A stretch of DNA of 64,000 bases, from contig JACPSK010000003.1 in assembly GCA_016193335.1 (NCBI GenBank), positions 23,739 through 87,738 on the forward strand, read 5' to 3'. A model generated the notes under the pieces. It worked only from the letters and a program-made list of their open reading frames with translations, did not search any database and was not told the origin of the DNA. Source of the stretch: Candidatus Magasanikiibacteriota bacterium. Its GTDB lineage: Bacteria > Patescibacteriota > Patescibacteriia > Magasanikbacterales > UBA922. Shown piece after piece: positions 58,542 to 64,000 of the stretch. The translations under genes were made by a program, and so were the position numbers. Numbering within the stretch: position 1 is the stretch's first letter; each line of letters begins with the position of its first letter.

Positions 58542-58895
58542 ATGTTTCAGATTTTCGAGATGGCTACTCAGAGTTTGAAGGTCGCGGATGCGATCGCCAA
58601 ACTGGACTTTCTAGTGGTCACTACCGTTCGAACGCCCCCACTGCGCATCTTGATTTGTATCGGTGAGCAGTCTTGGAGCCGTTGCGTGAGGCTCAAGGAT
58701 ACAACGGTAGCTGATGAACAACCTGTCATTGAGATTCTCTCCGATGAGGGGGGCCGTTTGGTGGACATGATCTATCGCCCTTCCGTGGTGGAAAGTGAAG
58801 TTCCCTTGTCCGACTTTATGGCCGGCGGTTATGTCTCGATCAGGAACCGCCTGGGTGCAGATAATCATCGGAACACCCGCCTGGCATTTGATTAG
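58542..58895 (+). CDS. Hypothetical protein
   Basis: SD GGAGG before ATG 58542; upstream TTGACA-N17-TAATCT at 58444-58472; terminator downstream. Confidence 0.55.
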   Translation: MFQIFEMATQSLKVADAIAKLDFLVVTTVRTPPLRILICIGEQSWSRCVRLKDTTVADEQPVIEILSDEGGRLVDMIYRPSVVESEVPLSDFMAGGYVSIRNRLGADNHRNTRLAFD

Positions 58896-58973
58896 GGGGG
58901 GGGGTTGGACAAGATTTGTTTGATGCTTCGTCGTGAGAAAGAATCTGAGGGGAAGTACCACGACGACGCGATA

Positions 58974-59006
58974 CAAAAATAGCCCGGCTTGGCCGGGCTA
59001 TTTTTG
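58974..59006 (+). terminator. Intrinsic terminator
   Basis: CAAAAATAGCCCGGC-TTG-GCCGGGCTATTTTTG. Confidence 0.8.
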
Positions 59007-59082
59007 TTGTTTCGTTTCGCTTGCTCTTGCTTTTTGTTGTCTATGTAGTTACTATGAATCGTATAATAAATTCGTGTAGATA

Positions 59083-59961
59083 ATGCAATTTATGGATCTT
59101 TCAGTAATTACGGTAACATGGAATTCTTCAGAATTGATCGGAGGACAAATACAGTCCGTTATTTCAGGTTTTTCGGATATTTCTTGCGAGCAGATTGTTG
59201 TTGATAATAATTCTTCTGATAATACTGTTTCCTTGATTAAAAATAATTTTTCACACCTTACTCTTATAGAAAACAAGAGCAATTTTGGCTTTGCCGCGGC
59301 GAATAATCAGGGTTTTAACATTTCATCGGGTGAATATATATTGTTTCTGAATCCTGATATGCGACTTGAAGAGAAGAGCCTCGACAGAATCATCGCTTGG
59401 ATGCGGCGGAACCCAAAAGTTGGCATCGCCAGTCCGCGACTGGTTGACGAAACAGGAAGACTGAATCTTGACGCCAAACCGCGCAGATTTCCCACTTTGT
59501 TGAATCAGCTTGCTTTGATTTTGAAAATACCGCATCTGTTTCCCCGAGTATTGGATTCATATTTGATGAAAGATTTTGATCCGGACAAAGAACAAGAGCT
59601 TGACTCTGTGCGTGGTTCTTTTATGCTCGTGCGGCGGGATTTTTTGGACAAGCTCGGCTGGGCTTTTGATCCTCGATATTTTTTTTGGTTCGAAGACGTT
59701 GATCTGTGCAGAGAAGCCAAAAGACTCGGCTACACGGTAATGTACACGCCCGTTGTTTCTTGTTTGGATTATGTGGGCCAGAGCATTAAGAAAAGAGATT
59801 CTCTATGGAAACAGAAGATGTTTACCCGAAGTATGCTTAGCTATTTTCAAAAATGGGAACCCTGGTATATTTGGATCTGGATTGCCCTATGTCGGCCTTT
59901 GGGGATCGCTTTGGCCTGGATCGCCGGCATGGTTCACCGGTTAAACAAACGGCGAGCTTGA
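59083..59961 (+). CDS. Glycosyltransferase family 2
   Basis: VVDNNSSD, N.GFAAANN.G, FLNPD, FD.RYF.WFEDVDLC motifs. Confidence 0.92.
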   Translation: MQFMDLSVITVTWNSSELIGGQIQSVISGFSDISCEQIVVDNNSSDNTVSLIKNNFSHLTLIENKSNFGFAAANNQGFNISSGEYILFLNPDMRLEEKSLDRIIAWMRRNPKVGIASPRLVDETGRLNLDAKPRRFPTLLNQLALILKIPHLFPRVLDSYLMKDFDPDKEQELDSVRGSFMLVRRDFLDKLGWAFDPRYFFWFEDVDLCREAKRLGYTVMYTPVVSCLDYVGQSIKKRDSLWKQKMFTRSMLSYFQKWEPWYIWIWIALCRPLGIALAWIAGMVHRLNKRRA

Positions 59962-60029
59962 GTATTTGTCAGTTTTTGTTTTTTCCTTTATAGTTGGCAC
60001 AGAGAGATTGCAAGAGAAAGGGCCAAATC

Positions 60030-60527
60030 ATGAGCGTCAAGCGGGCGGTGCTTTGCTACGTCATCAAAGACGGAAAGGTTCTTATGATCCGTGGCCGCGA
60101 AAAGTACGCGCCGCATTACCAGCTTTGGAACGGCCTTGGTGGCAAATACGAGCCAGAAGATGGCGAAGATCCTATTATCTGTCTCAGGCGGGAGCTTGCG
60201 GTTGAAGGCGGCATTGTCCCGCTTGGACTCGATAGAGTTGGGACTCTGCGGGTATCCGGTCTGTCTGAGGACGTCGATTGGGTCGTCGATTTGTATCGAG
60301 CCTACGATTATGAGGGGAGCGTTTTGGCCTCTAGCCGAGAAGGGGATCTCCGTTGGTTCGATATGAACAGGCCCGAAGCCATTGATACTCTGCTCGGAGA
60401 CCAGTATTTTTTGCCTTGGGTTTTTTGCGGCAGATATTTTGAGGCTACTGTGCTCTATGAACGTGGGACTTTTTTGACTTTTTCCTGCGTTTTTACACCC
60501 CAGACTTCTGGATCTCTCGTGGTCTGA
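60030..60527 (+). CDS. MutT/MTH1-like Nudix hydrolase (8-oxo-dGTPase-like, degenerate Nudix box)
   Basis: LCYVI.DGKVLMI, WNGLGGK.E..., RREL..E.G, EG.L.WF motifs. Confidence 0.8.
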   Translation: MSVKRAVLCYVIKDGKVLMIRGREKYAPHYQLWNGLGGKYEPEDGEDPIICLRRELAVEGGIVPLGLDRVGTLRVSGLSEDVDWVVDLYRAYDYEGSVLASSREGDLRWFDMNRPEAIDTLLGDQYFLPWVFCGRYFEATVLYERGTFLTFSCVFTPQTSGSLVV

Positions 60528-60726
60528 CAGGTGAGGATCCTGTCAGACCATAGGCTTGATTTTGAATCCCGGTTTTTGACGAGGTTTCAATTCGGTCGGC
60601 TTCTTGCGGAGAATTTGCTTGACATAAAAAGTGGATCGTTTCCTTTATATGATTCTGGATTCAGTGTAGATTCAATCTCCGCTTATGATTCGGCCGGCCT
60701 TTCATTGATATATTTTTTTACGTGTC

Positions 60727-61794
60727 ATGAAACTAAGCATTCAGCTCGTTACCTGGAACGGAGCTGCGTATATTCCTTATCTTTTTGATTCTCTGCGCAA
60801 GCAGAATTTTTTTGATTGGAAACTGAGTATACTTGATAATGCTTCACAAGATAATACCGTGGAACGAATCAAGCATGAACTCAGCTCTGTTTCCATTCCC
60901 TTTGAATTCATAGAAAACAAAGTCAATGAAGGCTTCGCCGGAGGCCACAACAGACTGTTTAAAAAGAACTGTTCCGAATATGTCCTTTTGCTCAATCAGG
61001 ATATGTATCTTGGGCCAGATTGCCTCCAACGCATGCTCGCGTATCTTGAAACACACGCTGAGATCTCGGCTGTTTCCCCACGGCTCATGCGTTGGGATTT
61101 TCGTCTTTTGGAAAACGCGGACAGCAAGGCCGGGATAGATCAGGAATTGTTAAAACGCAGTTTCACCGATCAGATTGACGCGCTTGGTCTAAAGATATTC
61201 AGATCGAGAAGAGTGGTAGAACAATATACTCGTCAAAATTGGAGCGAGATAAGGCATATGTTTGTTGGGAATAATGTCCTTGTTTTTGGACTCTCGGGAG
61301 CCTTCCCTCTGTACCGTTGTTCTGATTTAAAGGAATCGCTCTATGCCAACGGCTCTTTGTTCGACGAAAGCTATCACGCGTATAAAGAAGACGTGGATCT
61401 TGCCTACCGTTTGCTTTCTGCCGGCAAGTCTTCCCTGGTTTTGCTCGATATTTTTGCCTATCATGATCGCTCTGGCGCCGGCCCCCGTGAAATGGAGGAT
61501 ATGGAAGCGGCCAAAAATAAAAGGCTGCAATCCGAATGGGTACGTTATCATAGTTATAAAAACCATCTGATGACTCTTTATAAAAACGAATACGGTTTTA
61601 ATTTTTTACTTGATTTTTTTTGGATTTTATGGTATGAGTTAAAGAAGTTTTTTTGGCTTCTCATATTTGATAGAAAGGTTTTAAAGGGATTTTCTGAGAT
61701 TTTTAGAGAGCGCGGAGCTTTACAAGAAAAAAGAAAGTATATAAAGGCAAAAAGACGCCTGTCGTGGAGAAATCTTCGGCCATGGTGGCTTTAA
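60727..61794 (+). CDS. Glycosyltransferase family 2
   Basis: VTWNG, LDNAS.D, GFAGGHN, LLNQD, FDE....YKEDVDLAYR motifs. Confidence 0.92.
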   Translation: MKLSIQLVTWNGAAYIPYLFDSLRKQNFFDWKLSILDNASQDNTVERIKHELSSVSIPFEFIENKVNEGFAGGHNRLFKKNCSEYVLLLNQDMYLGPDCLQRMLAYLETHAEISAVSPRLMRWDFRLLENADSKAGIDQELLKRSFTDQIDALGLKIFRSRRVVEQYTRQNWSEIRHMFVGNNVLVFGLSGAFPLYRCSDLKESLYANGSLFDESYHAYKEDVDLAYRLLSAGKSSLVLLDIFAYHDRSGAGPREMEDMEAAKNKRLQSEWVRYHSYKNHLMTLYKNEYGFNFLLDFFWILWYELKKFFWLLIFDRKVLKGFSEIFRERGALQEKRKYIKAKRRLSWRNLRPWWL

Positions 61795-62717
61795 TGAATA
61801 TGCTTACCCAAACTCAATTTTCAACTCGCATGGATTGGGCATCCGGCCCTTTTCCAGAAGATCATTCTTCTTCTATTAAGGATATACATATCGTTTTCCT
61901 CAATTATTTGATGAAAGAAGATATCATAAACGCCGTCAGATCTCTTTATGATGATATAGCCGACTGTCCTTACGAGGTTCAAATCACGGTGGCGGATAAT
62001 TCAGAAAATCAGGATCATATTCAAGAAGAACTCAGGGAACATTTCCCCGGAGTGCTTTATATAGACTGCGGAGGAAATCTGGGCTTTGGCAAAGGAAATA
62101 CGCTCGGCTTCCAAGCCGCGCCTGCCCGTTATTATTTCGCACTCAATAGAGATACCATTATCCCATCGGGGACCAAAGTGATTGAACGGATTGTTCGTTT
62201 TATGGATCAACACCCCAAAATCGGCTGCATGGGTCCCAAACTTCTGAATATGGACGGCAGCTTGCAATACTCCTGCTATCGCTTCGACCTTCCTTCGATA
62301 CTTATCAAACCTCTTAAACAGATAAATTTTGATCAAAAATATTCTTGGGTAAGAAGACGCACTGATGGCCTTCTTATGAAGGATTTTGACCATGAATCCA
62401 CTCGTCCCGTGGACTGGGTGCTTGGCGCGGCTCTAGTGGTTCGCAAAGAAGTGGTAGATCAGATCGGCTGGTTTGATGAGCGGTATTTCATGTATTTGGA
62501 AGATGCCGACTGGTGTCGCCGCATGTGGGATGCCGCCTGGCCGGTGTATTATGTCCATGATATAATCATCAAACATTCTCACGCCAGGGGCTCGGCGCAA
62601 GTGCCGGGTATATTCAAGGCTTTGATAAAAAATAAACTGGCGAGAGTACATCTAAAAAGTTGGTTTTCGTTTTTGTGGAAGTGGAAAGGAAGCTTTATTT
62701 ACTACCGCGGGGATTAA
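61794..62717 (+). CDS. Glycosyltransferase family 2 (rhamnosyltransferase-like)
   Basis: ADNS, NLGFGKGN, LN.D, VDWVLGA, FDERYFMYLEDADWC motifs; start codon uncertain. Confidence 0.9.
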   Translation: MNMLTQTQFSTRMDWASGPFPEDHSSSIKDIHIVFLNYLMKEDIINAVRSLYDDIADCPYEVQITVADNSENQDHIQEELREHFPGVLYIDCGGNLGFGKGNTLGFQAAPARYYFALNRDTIIPSGTKVIERIVRFMDQHPKIGCMGPKLLNMDGSLQYSCYRFDLPSILIKPLKQINFDQKYSWVRRRTDGLLMKDFDHESTRPVDWVLGAALVVRKEVVDQIGWFDERYFMYLEDADWCRRMWDAAWPVYYVHDIIIKHSHARGSAQVPGIFKALIKNKLARVHLKSWFSFLWKWKGSFIYYRGD

Positions 62718-62720
62718 AAT

Positions 62721-63824
62721 ATGCGAGAATATCCGAAAATCGCTATCGTTTATCTACTCTTTTATCACAATGAATCCTATGTGGAGGATACTGTTTCGGC
62801 TTTAAAAAAATTGACGTATCCGAGAGACAAAGTGGAATGTATTATTGTAAGCAATCCTCATCCTGAGCATGGATCTTTTGTGCCATATATAGAAGATAAC
62901 GTTCTACCGCTTTCGGGTAAAGAAATTCCCCATGTCACTGTTTTGCCCCAGACCGAAAATTTGGGTTTTGCCGGCGGTAACAATAAAGGCGCGGCCTGGG
63001 CGATAGAGCATGGGTTTGAGTATATTTTTTTTCATAATAATGACGGTTTCCTCGCCGCGAACGCGCTTGAGCCTTTGATCGATGCTTTTCAGACCGACAA
63101 GCGCATCGGTATGGCTCAGTCTCTTATGCTTCTTCATCCAGACACCGAACGCGTAAACAGCATGGGGAATTCTTTTCATTATTTGGGTTTTGGTTTTTGT
63201 AATGGATATAGAACTCTCTTGGCCGAACTCAGTCTTCCATCCATAAAAGATATAGACTACGCGAGCGGAGCCGCCCTTATGATTCGGGCCGATCTTGTCA
63301 AACGATTTGGCGCCTGGGATGAAGATTTATTTTTGTATCATGAAGATTTGGAATGGTCACTCAGACTTCGTTCGGCGGGATATCGCGTGGTTTTGGCTCG
63401 AGATTCTGTTTTTTACCACAAATATCAATTTGGCAGAAGCATTGAAAAGTTTTTTTGGATGGAACGAAACCGCCACGCGGTGATGCTTATGTTTTTTCGT
63501 TGGCCCACCTTGTTGCTTCTCACTCCCATAGCTCTGATGCTTGAAGCCGGTCTTTGGCTATTCAGCATCAAAAATGGCTATGCTCTGAAACGTTTTGAAG
63601 TGTATCAATATTGGTTTAATCTGAAACATCTCTCTTTATGGCTCAAAAAGAGGCGTCGCGTTCAAAATGAAAGGGTTGTTTCGGATCGCGAATTGCTTCG
63701 CCATTCGGTTCCGGTTATTTTGTTTCAGGAAAAAGAGATGGAGAATCCTATGCTGAATTTCATAGGTAATCCTATTATGAAGGCTTATTATTACCTAGTG
63801 GTGAGAGGATGCATCTGGTGGTGA
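62721..63824 (+). CDS. Glycosyltransferase family 2
   Basis: ENLGFAGGNN.G, NND, ASGAAL, WDE.LFLYHED motifs. Confidence 0.9.
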   Translation: MREYPKIAIVYLLFYHNESYVEDTVSALKKLTYPRDKVECIIVSNPHPEHGSFVPYIEDNVLPLSGKEIPHVTVLPQTENLGFAGGNNKGAAWAIEHGFEYIFFHNNDGFLAANALEPLIDAFQTDKRIGMAQSLMLLHPDTERVNSMGNSFHYLGFGFCNGYRTLLAELSLPSIKDIDYASGAALMIRADLVKRFGAWDEDLFLYHEDLEWSLRLRSAGYRVVLARDSVFYHKYQFGRSIEKFFWMERNRHAVMLMFFRWPTLLLLTPIALMLEAGLWLFSIKNGYALKRFEVYQYWFNLKHLSLWLKKRRRVQNERVVSDRELLRHSVPVILFQEKEMENPMLNFIGNPIMKAYYYLVVRGCIWW

Positions 63825-63865
63825 GCAGTTTATTATCGAGTATTTTTTGATTTGAACTGACATTT

Positions 63866-64000
63866 ATGAATATTCGCAAGGCAATACTTACCGGAGGCGG
63901 CCATGCCACCCGCCTTTACCCCATTACCACGACTATAAATAAACATTTGCTTCCTTTGGCCAATAAGCCCATGATTTTTCATGCCATAGAGAAAGTGGTG
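63866..64000 (+). CDS. rfbA: Sugar-phosphate nucleotidyltransferase, probably glucose-1-phosphate thymidylyltransferase (3'-truncated by window edge)
   Basis: MNIRKAILTGGGHATRLYPITTTINKHLLPLANKPMIFHAIE; rfbB context. Confidence 0.8.
   Translation, partial: MNIRKAILTGGGHATRLYPITTTINKHLLPLANKPMIFHAIEKVV

Noticed and set aside
1-64000. Alternative genetic code 25 (TGA=Gly), as in some CPR lineages
   Set aside because: Conserved genes such as dnaK, hrcA, lepA and uvrA end at TGA at the expected length and have no internal TGA

Overview
64 kb of mostly core chromosome from a bacterium that looks like a Patescibacteria/CPR (Parcubacteria/ABY1-type) organism. This assignment is inferred from a CPR-type surface-protein domain, a short UvrC, a membrane-anchored Clp ATPase and AT-rich leaders mostly without Shine-Dalgarno (SD) sites. 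TGA is used as a stop, so the genetic code is standard code 11. Content in order: amino-acid permease, metK, three stand-alone receiver-domain genes, uppP, a CCA-adding/HD enzyme, YidC and SPFH genes, a CIRCE-controlled hrcA-grpE-hsp20-dnaK-(HD)-(DM13)-dnaJ cluster, rnhA/recJ, lepA, murJ, corA, a beta-CASP nuclease, uvrB/uvrA/uvrC, mraZ-rsmH-ftsL, a Clp ATPase, a WecA/MraY-family gene, rplU, recR-ybaB-dnaB, and a surface-glycan region (GT4, four GT2, rfbB, an epimerase/reductase, start of rfbA). I found no tRNA, rRNA, CRISPR array, transposase or prophage. The most interesting signals lie between the genes: (1) a ~200-nt two-domain structured element with its own sigma70-like promoter at 6833-7075, a candidate ncRNA; (2) a self-contained 30-aa hydrophobic peptide locus with type-I-toxin-like or riboswitch-like mRNA structure at 28565-28834; (3) two families of dispersed inverted-repeat elements present as deletion series; (4) structured leaders in front of metK, hsp20, HIT/Nudix and the GT2 cluster; (5) a class of GC-richer, separately promoted, degenerate-fold orphan genes. 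All RNA structures were paired by eye and need computational confirmation.
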